Below are positions 1 through 9,268 of a DNA stretch of 64,000 nucleotides, one piece after another (position 1 is the first letter of the stretch; the number at the start of each line of letters is the position of its first letter). Source of the stretch: an uncultured Geobacter sp. (GTDB lineage: Bacteria > Desulfobacterota > Desulfuromonadia > Geobacterales > CAIOGM01). The notes beneath the pieces were generated by a model. The model saw only the letters and a list, made by a program, of their open reading frames with translations, was not told where the DNA came from and searched no databases. The stretch spans positions 8,279 through 72,278 of the forward strand of contig CAIUWK010000040.1 of the NCBI GenBank assembly GCA_903902855.1, read 5' to 3'. Made by a program: the position numbers and the translations under genes.

Positions 1-48
1 CACTGCTACCTTGAAAATAATATCGGTGATACACGTCTTTTTTTCCAT
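1..48 (-). CDS. 5' end of an unidentified CDS that runs off the window start
   Basis: ATG at 48..46 preceded by ggagacacaacc (SD-like). Only 16 codons are visible (MEKKTCITDIIFKVAV). Region is AT-rich. Confidence 0.25.
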   Translation of the reverse strand, partial: MEKKTCITDIIFKVAV

Positions 49-107
49 GGTTGTGTCTCCTTGTGTTTTGTGATGTATTTCGTAATGTGCTTACACGGTG
101 CTTACGT

Positions 108-142
108 CAAAATAAAAAGGAGCCAGCATTTAAGCTAACTCC
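108..142 (-). terminator. Rho-independent terminator downstream of tRNA-Val
   Basis: On the minus strand, GGAGUUAGC-UUAAAU-GCUGGCUCC forms a 9-bp stem with 2 G.U pairs, followed by UUUUUAUUUU. Confidence 0.6.
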
Positions 143-152
143 TTATTATTAT

Positions 153-227
153 TGGTGGGCGATGCTGGTTTCGAACCAGCGACCCCTGCCGTGTGAAGGC
201 AGTGCTCTCCCGCTGAGCTAATCGCCC
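153..227 (-). tRNA. tRNA-Val (anticodon CAC), CCA encoded
   Basis: The reverse complement folds by hand into a cloverleaf: acceptor GGGCGAT/ATCGCCC, anticodon stem CTGCC/GGCAG with loop TTCACAC, T-arm GCTGG-TTCGAAA-CCAGC, then ACCA. Confidence 0.9.
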
Positions 228-243
228 TTGAATTGTGTTGCTT

Positions 244-272
244 TAAATAACAGATGCCGCTGTTGCTGTCAA
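244..272 (-). promoter_or_regulatory. Sigma70-type promoter for tRNA-Val
   Basis: Minus strand reads TTGACA (272..267), a 17-nt spacer, then TATTTA (249..244), about 16 nt upstream of the tRNA 5' end. Confidence 0.5.
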
Positions 273-378
273 GAAAGTTTCATTCCGTTCCCGGATAAAG
301 CGGAAAAACGGCCACCCCCCTCCCCATCCCAGCCACCGGATCAGAAGAGAGTTTTCTCAGCATCTTCAGCAATTCACC

Positions 379-408
379 TTGACACCGGAAAGCCCCCCTT
401 GTTATAGT
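379..408 (+). promoter_or_regulatory. Sigma70-type promoter upstream of the cobO cluster
   Basis: TTGACA (379-384), an 18-nt spacer, then TATAGT (403-408), 40 nt upstream of the ATG at 448. Confidence 0.5.
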
Positions 409-447
409 TCCCCCCGTTAATTCAAAGAGTTTCCTTGCACGGAGATC

Positions 448-984
448 ATGACCATGCCGCTGGAACAGGGACAAATTCAGGTATATACCGGTAACGGCAA
501 AGGGAAGACTACGGCAGCGCTGGGACTGGCGCTGCGCGCCTGCGGCCGGGGTCTCCGGGTCTTGATGATTCAGTTCATGAAGGGGGGTGGGCCTTACGGC
601 GAACATATCGCAGCCGAAAAGCTGGCGCCACTCCTCACCATCATCCCCAGTGGCAGACCCGGCTGGGTGAAACGCCCGATTCCAGATCCCGAGGATGTGG
701 AACTGGCCCGGATAGCCTTTGCCAAGGCGACTCTGGCGGTGACCGGCGGGGAGTACGATCTGGTAATCCTGGATGAGATCAACGGCGCGATTTCCTTCAA
801 CCTGATCCCCCTAGATGACCTGCTCACCCTTATGAAACAGAAACCGGCAACAGTGGAACTGGTGCTCACCGGTCGTGATGCACATGAAGAGGTCATCTCC
901 GCCGCCGATCTGGTGACCGAGATGCAAGAAATCAAGCATTACTACCGGGCTGGGGTGCCTTCCCGGGAGGGGATAGAGAAGTAA
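448..984 (+). CDS. cobO: Cob(I)yrinic acid a,c-diamide / corrinoid adenosyltransferase (CobO/BtuR type)
   Basis: P-loop YTGNGKGKTTAALG and overall CobA/CobO/BtuR-like sequence, 178 aa. Confidence 0.88.
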   Translation: MTMPLEQGQIQVYTGNGKGKTTAALGLALRACGRGLRVLMIQFMKGGGPYGEHIAAEKLAPLLTIIPSGRPGWVKRPIPDPEDVELARIAFAKATLAVTGGEYDLVILDEINGAISFNLIPLDDLLTLMKQKPATVELVLTGRDAHEEVISAADLVTEMQEIKHYYRAGVPSREGIEK

Positions 985-1034
985 CCAAACAGCGTGACGG
1001 TATCGTCTACCTATTTATTTAAAGGGAGCAGCCT

Positions 1035-1436
1035 ATGTCAGAAAGAAAACTGCGCATATTAGTCGGCAAACCAGGCCTTGACGGCCATGACCGTGGGGCA
1101 AAAATCATCGCCCGAGCCTTTCGTGATGCCGGGTTCGAGGTCATCTACACCGGCCTTCACCAGACCCCTGACCAGATCGTCTCCGCCGCCATCCAGGAGG
1201 ATGTGGACTGCATCGGCCTCTCCATTCTTTCCGGCGCCCATAATACCCTGCTCCCTAAGGTCTGCGACCTGCTCAAAGAGAAGAAAGCCGAGGAGATCGT
1301 CGTTTTTTGCGGCGGAGTCATCCCGGAGGACGACATCCCCGGCCTGAAGGCTGCCGGCATAAGAGAGGTCTTTACCCCCGGCGCCTCCACGGACCAGATC
1401 GTCGCCTGGGTCAAAAGCACCATAGCCCCGCTCTAA
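1035..1436 (+). CDS. Stand-alone cobalamin-binding domain protein (acyl-CoA mutase small subunit type)
   Basis: DxHxxG B12-binding motif ([10 protein letters not shown]). The 133-aa Rossmann-like sequence is typical of a methylmalonyl/isobutyryl-CoA mutase C-terminal domain. Confidence 0.88.
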   Translation: MSERKLRILVGKPGLDGHDRGAKIIARAFRDAGFEVIYTGLHQTPDQIVSAAIQEDVDCIGLSILSGAHNTLLPKVCDLLKEKKAEEIVVFCGGVIPEDDIPGLKAAGIREVFTPGASTDQIVAWVKSTIAPL

Positions 1437-1437
1437 C

Positions 1438-2382
1438 ATGTCTCTTTACGAACGGATCCTGGCGGGCGATATTCGCGCCGCCGCGCGCCTCATGCGCAAC
1501 ATCGACGACAATCTCCCCAGCTCCCGCAGTGACCTGCAGGAACTCTTCCCCCATACCGGAGGGGCCTTTCTCATCGGCGTCACCGGCCCGCCGGGTGCCG
1601 GTAAATCCACCCTGGTGGACCAGATTACCGCAGCCTACCGGAAACGGGGGAAACGGGTGGGGGTGGTGGCCATTGACCCCACGAGCCCCTTTACCGGCGG
1701 GGCGATCCTGGGGGACCGGATCAGGATGAATCGTCATGCCGACGACGAAGGGGTCTTTATCCGGAGCCTCGCCACCCGCGGCCACATGGGGGGACTCTCC
1801 CGCTCCACGGCCGACGTGGCCAACGTCATGGACGCCATGGGGATGGATGTGGTGATCATCGAGACCGTGGGGGTCGGGCAGGATGAGGTGGATATCGTCC
1901 GCCTGGCCCACACCACCCTGGTGGTCATGGTGCCGGGGATGGGGGATGACATCCAGGCGATCAAGGCGGGAATTCTGGAGATCGGCGACCTCTTCGTGGT
2001 GAACAAGGCCGACCGGGACGGCGCCGACCGGACCGCCCGGGAACTCTCCATGATGCTGGAGATGAACAAATACGCCGAGGGAGCATGGCGACCGCCGGTA
2101 CTCAAGACCGAAGCCCAGCGCAATGTGGGGGTGGACGAACTGGTGGAGAGCATGGAGAACCATCGCCAGTGGCTGGTGAACTCCGGAGAGATCAACCTCC
2201 TTCTCAAGGAAAAAAATGCAGCCCTCTTCCAGACCCTTCTGAAGGAACGGCTCTTTGCCGAAGTGTACGGCAGAATCGAGGAAGATGGCCGATTCGGAGA
2301 GATTCTGGATGGCATGCTCTCCCGACGGCAGGACCCTTATTCGGCCGTGGAGCAGATCCTGGCGGAACGACTCAAATCCTGA
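1438..2382 (+). CDS. meaB: Methylmalonyl-CoA mutase-associated G-protein chaperone (MeaB/ArgK)
   Basis: Walker A GPPGAGKST, NKAD G4 motif, 314 aa. It follows the B12-binding subunit with a 1-nt gap. Confidence 0.9.
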   Translation: MSLYERILAGDIRAAARLMRNIDDNLPSSRSDLQELFPHTGGAFLIGVTGPPGAGKSTLVDQITAAYRKRGKRVGVVAIDPTSPFTGGAILGDRIRMNRHADDEGVFIRSLATRGHMGGLSRSTADVANVMDAMGMDVVIIETVGVGQDEVDIVRLAHTTLVVMVPGMGDDIQAIKAGILEIGDLFVVNKADRDGADRTARELSMMLEMNKYAEGAWRPPVLKTEAQRNVGVDELVESMENHRQWLVNSGEINLLLKEKNAALFQTLLKERLFAEVYGRIEEDGRFGEILDGMLSRRQDPYSAVEQILAERLKS

Positions 2383-2400
2383 TGAAAAAAATCTCCTAGC

Positions 2401-3297
2401 ATGCACCTTATTCTGGCCAGGCTCATTGCCCTGACGCTCTTCAGCGCCATCGTCGTCAACTCCCCTCTGGTGGTTTCCGAACCGGGGGCAAATCCCAGGG
2501 ATCCCGCACGGGAAGATCTGACCAGGGTGGAGTATCCCAGCCTGGTCCAGGGAGCCTGGACCCCACGCTTTATCCTCCCTCAGGAAACCCTCGAATCACT
2601 CTACGGCGACGATTGGGTCACCGTGGCCCGGTTCAACCGGGTCGACCGCCGCCACGTCTATCCCGGTATGACCATCAAGGAACCCCTGGACATGGCTGCG
2701 GCCCGGGAGTATACCCCCATGCCGGAGTTCTATGAACCGGCAAGTGGACATGAGAAATATATCCTCATCAATATCACCGAACAGTGGCTGGGTGCCTACG
2801 AATCCGGCAGGCTGAAATTCTCCATGCCGGCGGCCACTGGAAAAAAAGGAACCGAAACCCCCACCGGCATCTTCCGGGTAAGCGCCCGGCACCTGAACCA
2901 CTCTTCATCCCTCTACCAGACCGATGCCGGTGACGAGCAGTATCCCATGGATAACGCCATCCGGTTCCATATCGACGAGAATGCGGTGGCCTACTGGATT
3001 CACGCCCGGGACCTCCCGGGGCGACCAGCCTCCCATGGCTGCGTGGGGCTCTTTGACGAGACGATGCAGAACCGGGTCTACGGCTTTCCCGACGAACCGG
3101 TTCTCCTGGACTCGGAAAAACTCTACGAGTGGGCCGTGGGGGAAGAGGAGTACGAAGACGACGTGGGTGAACAGGAAGAGCTGGAAGATGGACCCGTGGT
3201 GGAAATCATCGGCGCCAATCCCCCCTATCTACCGTTCCCCGTCAAGGCGCTTCCGGGCCAGGCCCGTCGACAAATGACGCCGGGCCGGAAACCATGA
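2401..3297 (+). CDS. L,D-transpeptidase (YkuD domain) with signal peptide and acidic C-terminal tail
   Basis: Catalytic SHGCVGL motif, hydrophobic N-terminus, and an E/D-rich tail. Confidence 0.8.
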   Translation: MHLILARLIALTLFSAIVVNSPLVVSEPGANPRDPAREDLTRVEYPSLVQGAWTPRFILPQETLESLYGDDWVTVARFNRVDRRHVYPGMTIKEPLDMAAAREYTPMPEFYEPASGHEKYILINITEQWLGAYESGRLKFSMPAATGKKGTETPTGIFRVSARHLNHSSSLYQTDAGDEQYPMDNAIRFHIDENAVAYWIHARDLPGRPASHGCVGLFDETMQNRVYGFPDEPVLLDSEKLYEWAVGEEEYEDDVGEQEELEDGPVVEIIGANPPYLPFPVKALPGQARRQMTPGRKP

Positions 3298-3358
3298 GTT
3301 CCGCTGCCGACCTGGTGACTTTTCACCTCTCACCCTTGACCTATTACCTGGTTCTCTC

Positions 3359-3940
3359 ATGACGACTGCCCAGTTCCTCTCCATCTTCGGCATGGTTTTT
3401 CTCGCGGAACTGGGAGACAAGACCCAGCTCACTGCCATGACCCTGGCGACCCATTTCCCGTGGAAGAAAATCTTCCTGGGGATTGCCGCGGCCTTTGCCC
3501 TCCTCAACCTGGCTGCGGTCTTTGTGGGAAAGATCCTGTTCGTGTTTCTCTCCCCCTTCTGGATACAACTCCTCTCCGCGGGGCTGTTCCTCTTTTTCGG
3601 CATCAACTCCCTGCTGGAGAAGAGTTTCGACGAACATGAGGAGGAAGGGGAGGAAAAACGGTTTGCCCGAAAAGGGCCCGTCCTCACCGCATTTTTCATG
3701 ATCCTGTTGGCGGAACTGGGTGACAAGACCCAACTGGTGACGGCAAGCCTGGCAGCCCAAAACCCTCCTTTGGTGGTATTCGTCGCATCAACCCTGGCGC
3801 TCTGGTCGGTCTCCCTCATGGGAATCTTCTTGGGGCGACAGCTCACCCGCTTCATCCCCCTCTTCTGGATACACCGGGCCGCCGGTCTCCTCTTCCTCGT
3901 CTTTGCCGCGCACAACGTCTGGCAGGCTTTTTCCGGATGA
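3359..3940 (+). CDS. UPF0016 / GDT1 (TMEM165) family membrane cation transporter
   Basis: Two copies of the E-x-G-D-K-T motif (AELGDKTQL twice) in a polytopic 193-aa protein. Confidence 0.85.
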   Translation: MTTAQFLSIFGMVFLAELGDKTQLTAMTLATHFPWKKIFLGIAAAFALLNLAAVFVGKILFVFLSPFWIQLLSAGLFLFFGINSLLEKSFDEHEEEGEEKRFARKGPVLTAFFMILLAELGDKTQLVTASLAAQNPPLVVFVASTLALWSVSLMGIFLGRQLTRFIPLFWIHRAAGLLFLVFAAHNVWQAFSG

Positions 3941-3953
3941 TACTCTCCTTTAC

Positions 3954-4835
3954 ATGACCGACTCTTCCGTAGAAAAAATCTTTCTGTACCTGGTCGGGCT
4001 CTCCCTTCTCCTTCATTGTGCCGTCTTCGCCCTCTTTTACTATCTTCCTCAGGAAAAACCCCCTCAAAAAACGGAACCGTACATGGTGGATCTCCGGGAG
4101 ATGCCGGAGGTTCCTCCCACCCCTACCCCGCGGGAGGAGGTCAAACGGCTCTCCAATGAGCGGCGTCGGGTGAAACAGGAAACGGCTCCCAAGGGAACTC
4201 GCGAGCTTGACCGACCCAAGCCTCCCTCAACCAGGGCTAAGCCGGCGCCGACTCCCCGACAGACGGCGGCAGTACCAGGGAGGCAGGATAACCGCCCTGC
4301 CAAGAGGACGCCGACCGGAACTCCCCAGGAACCGGGAGATCTGCCGGGGGCCGAGCAGCCGTCGGCCCAGGACTTTTTCAAAGCGGACCGGAAGAAATCT
4401 CAGCAGGCCAAACTCTTTCCCAGCGCCGGTTCCATGGCCCGCATGGAAGAGAGCTACCGGAAACGGTTCGAGGCGGACGTGGCCGAGGGAGACACCAATT
4501 TTCTCAACACGGACGACATCCAGTTCGGTTCATTCCTCCGCCGGTTCGAGACCGCCATCTACGGGGTCTGGCGCTACCCCACCGAGGCGGCCCGACTGGG
4601 GGTGGAGGGGGTGGTGCCGGTGCGGATCACCTTCAACAAGAAGGGAGAGGTGGAGCATGTGGAGCTGCTGGAATCATCCCACAGTCGCATCCTGGATGAC
4701 GAGGTGCTCCGGACCCTGCACACCCTTGGTCCCATCGGCGGTTTCCCCCGCAACTACAGCAAGGATCAGTTCCATCTCATCGCCTTCTTCCAATACAACA
4801 TCAGCCGCGGGGGGATGACCGGCAGGCTGAGATAG
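3954..4835 (+). CDS. TonB-family energy transducer
   Basis: N-terminal TM helix, Pro/Lys-rich spacer, and a C-terminal TonB-like domain (GVEGVVPVRITFNKKGEV...). Start moved to the ATG at 3954 (MTDSSVEK). Confidence 0.75.
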   Translation: MTDSSVEKIFLYLVGLSLLLHCAVFALFYYLPQEKPPQKTEPYMVDLREMPEVPPTPTPREEVKRLSNERRRVKQETAPKGTRELDRPKPPSTRAKPAPTPRQTAAVPGRQDNRPAKRTPTGTPQEPGDLPGAEQPSAQDFFKADRKKSQQAKLFPSAGSMARMEESYRKRFEADVAEGDTNFLNTDDIQFGSFLRRFETAIYGVWRYPTEAARLGVEGVVPVRITFNKKGEVEHVELLESSHSRILDDEVLRTLHTLGPIGGFPRNYSKDQFHLIAFFQYNISRGGMTGRLR

Positions 4836-4897
4836 TAACGCAAGAAGGGGTGCCAAATGGCCCCCCTTCTTATTTTCGTGCGCAGTGAGTGCTCCCC

Positions 4898-5767
4898 CTA
4901 AAGCCGGCAAACCTTGGTCTGGAGAAAGGCGGTAAAATCGTCCCGGAACTCCTCCCGCTTCAACGCCAGATCCACTGTGGCCTTGAGAAAACCGAGCTTG
5001 TCGCCGCAGTCATGACGTATCCCCTCGAAATGACAGCCGTAGATGGTGCGGCTCTTGGAGAGTTCCAGAATGGCGTCGGTGAGCTGAATCTCCCCCCCCT
5101 TGCCCGGTTTCTGCTTTTCCAGGATCGGGAAGATGTCCGGAGTCAGAATATAGCGACCGATGATCGCCAGGTCGGAGGGAGCATCCTCCTGTTTCGGCTT
5201 CTCTACCAGATCCAGCACCTCATAGGTGCGGGTGGCGATGGTCTGGGCCTTCACGCAACCATAGGAGGAGATGGCTTCCATGGGAACCTGCTCCAGCGCC
5301 AGGACCGGCCCCCGCCAGTGGCGGTAGACATCCAGAAGCTGGGCCAGACAGGGTTTCTCGGAGTCAATGATGTCATCCCCCAGAAGCACGGCAAAAGGTT
5401 CGTTGTTGATGAATTCCCGGGCGCAGAGAATGGCGTGACCAAGCCCCAACGCCTGTTTCTGCCGGACATAGAAGATGTTCACCAGGTCCGCCAGAGAACG
5501 GACCGCATCCCGTTCGGAATGCTTCCCCTTCTCGTGAAGGAGCGCCTCCAACTCGAAAGCGATGTCGAAATGATCCTCGATGGCCCGCTTGCTCCGCCCC
5601 GTCACGAAGATGATCTGTTCGATACCGGCGTTCACCGCCTCCTCCACCACGTACTGGACCAGCGGTTTGTCGATGAGGTTAAGCATCTCCTTGGGAGAGG
5701 CCTTGGTTGCCGGGAGGAACCGGGTGCCGAGACCGGCAACAGGAAAAATAGCTTTTTTTATCTGCAT
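4898..5767 (-). CDS. galU: UTP--glucose-1-phosphate uridylyltransferase
   Basis: N-terminal PVAGLGTRFLPATKA motif, 289 aa. Confidence 0.93.
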   Translation of the reverse strand: MQIKKAIFPVAGLGTRFLPATKASPKEMLNLIDKPLVQYVVEEAVNAGIEQIIFVTGRSKRAIEDHFDIAFELEALLHEKGKHSERDAVRSLADLVNIFYVRQKQALGLGHAILCAREFINNEPFAVLLGDDIIDSEKPCLAQLLDVYRHWRGPVLALEQVPMEAISSYGCVKAQTIATRTYEVLDLVEKPKQEDAPSDLAIIGRYILTPDIFPILEKQKPGKGGEIQLTDAILELSKSRTIYGCHFEGIRHDCGDKLGFLKATVDLALKREEFRDDFTAFLQTKVCRL

Positions 5768-5785
5768 GGGAAATCTCCTTTAAAA

Positions 5786-5870
5786 AAGTGAATAGTGCAT
5801 AGTGAATGGTGAAACGACAAGAACAAAAACAGTTTTTTTCACTTTTCACTTTTCACTTTTCACTTTTCGC
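5786..5870. repeat. Inverted pair of heptamer arrays: (A/T)AGTGAA-type x4 on the left, TTTTCAC x5 on the right
   Basis: 5786-5813 reads aagtgaa tagtgca tagtgaa tggtgaa. 5836-5870 reads ttttcac x4 plus ttttcgc. The arms are mutually complementary around a 22-nt spacer. The folD stop codon lies inside the right arm. Confidence 0.85.
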
Positions 5871-6710
5871 CTGCCTCTTCGCCGACTCAACGGTGTTGTA
5901 GAGGAGCATGGTGATGGTCATGGGGCCGACTCCGCCGGGGACCGGCGTGATGGCCGAGGCCCGCTCCGCCGCCGCGGCGAACTCCACATCCCCCACCAGC
6001 TTCTTCTCCCCCACCCGGTTCACCCCCACGTCGATGACCACCGCTCCCGGCTTGATCCATTCCCCCTTGATCATCTCAGCCTTCCCCACCGCGGCGATGA
6101 CCACATCGGCCCGTCCCACATGAACCGCCAGATCCTTGGTCCGGGAGTGACAGAGGGTAACGGTGGCATGCTCCTGAAGACACATGAAAGCCACCGGCTT
6201 CCCCACGATGTTGGACCGCCCGACCACCACCACCTCTTTGCCGGCCAGACTGACCCCGCTCTCCTTCAGCATCACCATCACCCCATAGGGGGTGCAGGGC
6301 TGGAAGAGCGGCTTTCCCACCACCAGCCGTCCCACGTTGTAGGGATGAAACCCGTCCACATCCTTCAGCGGAGAGATCGCCTCCAGCACCTTGTCCGTAT
6401 CGATGTGCCCCGGCAAAGGGAGTTGGACGAGTATCCCGTGAATGCGGGAATCGTTGTTGAGCCGATGGATGAGCGCCAGCAGTGCCGCCTCTGCGGTGTC
6501 CGCCGGGAGTTTGTGCTCATCGGAAAAAATCCCGGCCGCGGCGCAGGCCTTCTCCTTCATGCTGACATAGACCGCACTGGCAGGATCTTCTCCCACCAGC
6601 ACCACAGCCAGTCCCGGCTGTATCCCCTGCGCCGTCAACGCCAGAGCATCGGCGGCTATCTCTATACGCAGTTTCGCGGCAATGGCCTTGCCGTCAATAA
6701 TCGTCGCCAT
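5853..6710 (-). CDS. folD: Bifunctional methylenetetrahydrofolate dehydrogenase / methenyl-THF cyclohydrolase
   Basis: Full-length FolD-like sequence ([11 protein letters not shown]..., [19 protein letters not shown]). Confidence 0.94.
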   Translation of the reverse strand: MATIIDGKAIAAKLRIEIAADALALTAQGIQPGLAVVLVGEDPASAVYVSMKEKACAAAGIFSDEHKLPADTAEAALLALIHRLNNDSRIHGILVQLPLPGHIDTDKVLEAISPLKDVDGFHPYNVGRLVVGKPLFQPCTPYGVMVMLKESGVSLAGKEVVVVGRSNIVGKPVAFMCLQEHATVTLCHSRTKDLAVHVGRADVVIAAVGKAEMIKGEWIKPGAVVIDVGVNRVGEKKLVGDVEFAAAAERASAITPVPGGVGPMTITMLLYNTVESAKRQAKSEK

Positions 6711-6790
6711 CTGTCAAACCTCCTGGGAAATATGCGTCGACTATAAGAGACAACTCCCCTGCTTGTAAAGAATCTTTCCGTAGTACGGAC

Positions 6791-6817
6791 AAAAAAAATC
6801 CTCCACGAGGGAGGATT
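6791..6817 (-). terminator. Rho-independent terminator after the zinc-ribbon gene
   Basis: Minus strand stem AATCCTCCC-TCGT-GGGAGGATT followed by a T8 run. Confidence 0.7.
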
Positions 6818-6862
6818 CAAGGTTAAACATGGCAATGATCAGGAAACGGCACTCCCGGCGGT

Positions 6863-7120
6863 TCAGGCCGCGGTGGCCGAAGGGCATCCGGCACATCCGC
6901 CGCCGCCGGCTCCGGCGCAGGGGGTTGCCGCAGCTTGTTTCTTGGCGCCGTATCCTTCATTATACCAGCCTCCCCCCTTCAGGGTAAAGGCAGCCTGTGA
7001 AATCATTTTTTCCACGGCGGAACCACAGGCCGGACAGGACGTTGCAGGTGGATCGGAAAATTTCTGACGAAGCTCGAATTGTTCGTCACAACTCGTACAG
7101 CGGTACTCGTACACAGGCAT
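6863..7120 (-). CDS. FmdB-family zinc-ribbon protein
   Basis: MPVYEYRC-x2-C...C-x2-C signature. ATG at 7120 is preceded by GGAGGTG. Gly/Cys-rich tail. Confidence 0.8.
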   Translation of the reverse strand: MPVYEYRCTSCDEQFELRQKFSDPPATSCPACGSAVEKMISQAAFTLKGGGWYNEGYGAKKQAAATPCAGAGGGGCAGCPSATAA

Positions 7121-7156
7121 GGTTACTACACCTCCGGTCAATAGTGATCTGGTTTG

Positions 7157-7186
7157 AATATAAGGATCTTACCCATGGTTTGTCAA
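7157..7186 (-). promoter_or_regulatory. Sigma70-type promoter for the zinc-ribbon gene
   Basis: Minus strand reads cTTGACAaacc, an 18-nt spacer, then TATATT. Confidence 0.45.
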
Positions 7187-7208
7187 GCCCTTACCCGCGA
7201 ACTCCGCT

Positions 7209-7766
7209 TCAAACCCCACGCACGGGGAGGAACTCCCGAAGCCAGGCATCGAAAATAAGGACTTTCTTCTCCCCGAAGCGCGACAATCCCAGGCGCACCT
7301 CGTCCACGGTCAGCTCCCGGTCCACACGCCCCGGCTTCTTGGTATAGAAGAGATCGGCAAAACAGATGATCCGCTCGGAAAGGGTAACCGGCGTCATCTC
7401 CCGGTGGGGTAAGGGGAGAGCCTGGCCGATGATATCCTCAATGGTCAACCCCACGCCGATATGCCGCTCGCAGACCAGCCCATGTTCCGGATACCCCTCC
7501 CGCTCCAGGATCTCCCGTCCCAATATCCCATGGCAGAGATAGGAGGCGCTCCCCCGGCAGCCAAGCCGGGGAGTACCGGTCCCCACGACTCCGATATCGT
7601 GAAGCAGGGCCGCCTCTTCGATAAACTTCAACCCGTTCCCGTCAAATCCCAGGGAAATGGCCACAGTAAGCGCCTTGCCGGCCACCAGGCGACTATGCTC
7701 ATACACCAGGTCGAACCCTTTTTCGTTGCCGTCGAAATATTTTTTTAGGAGAATAAGAGGATTCAA
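7209..7766 (-). CDS. HD-domain phosphohydrolase
   Basis: The HD dyad (ALLHDIGV) sits in a 185-aa protein. Subfamily not resolved. Confidence 0.7.
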   Translation of the reverse strand: MNPLILLKKYFDGNEKGFDLVYEHSRLVAGKALTVAISLGFDGNGLKFIEEAALLHDIGVVGTGTPRLGCRGSASYLCHGILGREILEREGYPEHGLVCERHIGVGLTIEDIIGQALPLPHREMTPVTLSERIICFADLFYTKKPGRVDRELTVDEVRLGLSRFGEKKVLIFDAWLREFLPVRGV

Positions 7767-7825
7767 CGGTTTACCCCGCAGAGGAAGAACGATAGTATAA
7801 GAGAATATATCTGCAAAAGGGCGCC

Positions 7826-8155
7826 ATGAAAACAGATTTCGACCCGTCAGAACTTGAATTCGAATTTTTCCGCGGTTCAGGACCGGGAGGACAGCATCGC
7901 AACACCACCGATTCGGGAGTGCGGGTCCGCCACCTCCCCACCGGTCTCGTGGCCCAGGCCACCGAAAGCAGATCGCAACTCCGTAACCGGGAGTCCGCGC
8001 TCACCCGTCTGGCCGAACTTCTGGAGCGGCGCAACCGGGTTCAGAAAAAGCGCCACGCCACCAATATCCCCCGTGGGGAGCGTGAACGGAGGATCGAGGC
8101 AAAGAAGCACCGCTCCGCCAGAAAAAGAGATCGCTCCCTCCCCGGCGATGAGTAG
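7826..8155 (+). CDS. Class-I release-factor-like peptidyl-tRNA hydrolase (ArfB/RF-1 domain, GGQ)
   Basis: SGPGGQHRNTTDSGVR GGQ motif plus a basic C-terminal tail, 109 aa. Confidence 0.8.
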   Translation: MKTDFDPSELEFEFFRGSGPGGQHRNTTDSGVRVRHLPTGLVAQATESRSQLRNRESALTRLAELLERRNRVQKKRHATNIPRGERERRIEAKKHRSARKRDRSLPGDE

Positions 8156-8266
8156 AGCTCCCTTCACCCCTGTTTTCCGGAGAGGAGCAAAATGTCCCTT
8201 GCGTGACCCGACGTTTATCTCTATTATTCACTGTTTATTACCTCTCAACAGAAGGGATTCCGGTAC

Positions 8267-9268
8267 ATGATCGCCGCCATCATCTTCATCTTCGGCCTGC
8301 TCATCGGCTCATTTCTCAATGTCTGCATCAGCCGTATGCCCCGCAACGAGTCACTGGTATTCCCGGCATCACACTGCCCCGCATGCGGCGCGGCCATCCC
8401 CCCCTGGCTCAACATCCCCGTGGTGAGTTACCTCCTCCTCAAGGGGCGCTGCCGTTCCTGCTCAGGTTCCATATCGGTGATCTACCCCCTAGTGGAACTG
8501 CTCACCGCTCTTCTCGCCCTCGCCCTCTACCTTCGGTTCGGCCTTACCCTTCATTTTTTCGTCCTGGCGTTTCTCTGCGCGGCCCTGGTCGTCGTCACCT
8601 TCATCGACCTGGAACACCAGATCATCCCCGACGAGATCTCAGTGACCGGAATCTTCATCGGTTTCGCCTACTCATTATTCTCCACGAACTATCTCTTCCC
8701 CGCCACAACCATCGGTCTGGCAGTGTCGGTCATCACCCTGCTGGTTCTTTTTGGGCATCAGCTCTTATCCGTAGTCGTGAACATCTTCACGAATAGATCA
8801 GCCGAACCTGGTGAAGAGTCCGAATTCAGATACGGGGAATATGTTAAGATCCTTGCGACAACAATCCCGGGGATAGCCTGTTGCATCTACTCCCTGCTCC
8901 ATTTTCCCCGGCAGAGTTGGGCCGATTCTCTTTTGGGGATACTCCTGGGTACCGACGTCATCGTTATATCCACGCTCCTCTATTATCTCCTCAGAAGGAC
9001 GGAAGGGATGGGGGGAGGCGATGTCAAACTCCTGGCCATGCTGGGGGCGTTTTTCGGCTGGCAGGCCATCCCGTTCATCATCTTCGTCAGCTCCCTGGCC
9101 GGGTCGGTCATCGGCGTGGCCATCATGTTCATCAAGAAACAGGACAGCAAGCTGGCCATCCCCTTCGGCCCCTTCCTGGTCATGGGGAGCCTGATTCATA
9201 TTTTTTACGGAGCTCAGCTGGTTTCCTGGTATTTGAAGCTCTTCTCCCCCGGCGGAGCGCTGCCGTGA
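8267..9268 (+). CDS. pilD: Type IV prepilin peptidase / N-methyltransferase (A24 family)
   Basis: N-terminal CPACG...CRSC zinc motif. Catalytic Asp contexts FIDLEHQ and GGGDVKLLAMLGAFFGW. 333 aa. Confidence 0.88.
   Translation: MIAAIIFIFGLLIGSFLNVCISRMPRNESLVFPASHCPACGAAIPPWLNIPVVSYLLLKGRCRSCSGSISVIYPLVELLTALLALALYLRFGLTLHFFVLAFLCAALVVVTFIDLEHQIIPDEISVTGIFIGFAYSLFSTNYLFPATTIGLAVSVITLLVLFGHQLLSVVVNIFTNRSAEPGEESEFRYGEYVKILATTIPGIACCIYSLLHFPRQSWADSLLGILLGTDVIVISTLLYYLLRRTEGMGGGDVKLLAMLGAFFGWQAIPFIIFVSSLAGSVIGVAIMFIKKQDSKLAIPFGPFLVMGSLIHIFYGAQLVSWYLKLFSPGGALP

Noticed and set aside
228-447. Cobalamin riboswitch upstream of the cobO / B12-binding / meaB cluster.
   Set aside because: I could not find the B12-box or the conserved GGTGC/GCCACTG core elements by eye, and only a sigma70-type promoter is evident. 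A covariance-model scan (Rfam RF00174) would be decisive.
8881-9264. N-terminal 128 codons of the 621-aa ORF that precedes the histidine kinase.
   Set aside because: This part lies inside pilD in another frame and translates to R/P/G/H-rich low-complexity sequence. A GTG at 9265 overlapping the pilD stop gives a normal kinase N-terminus with a TM helix.
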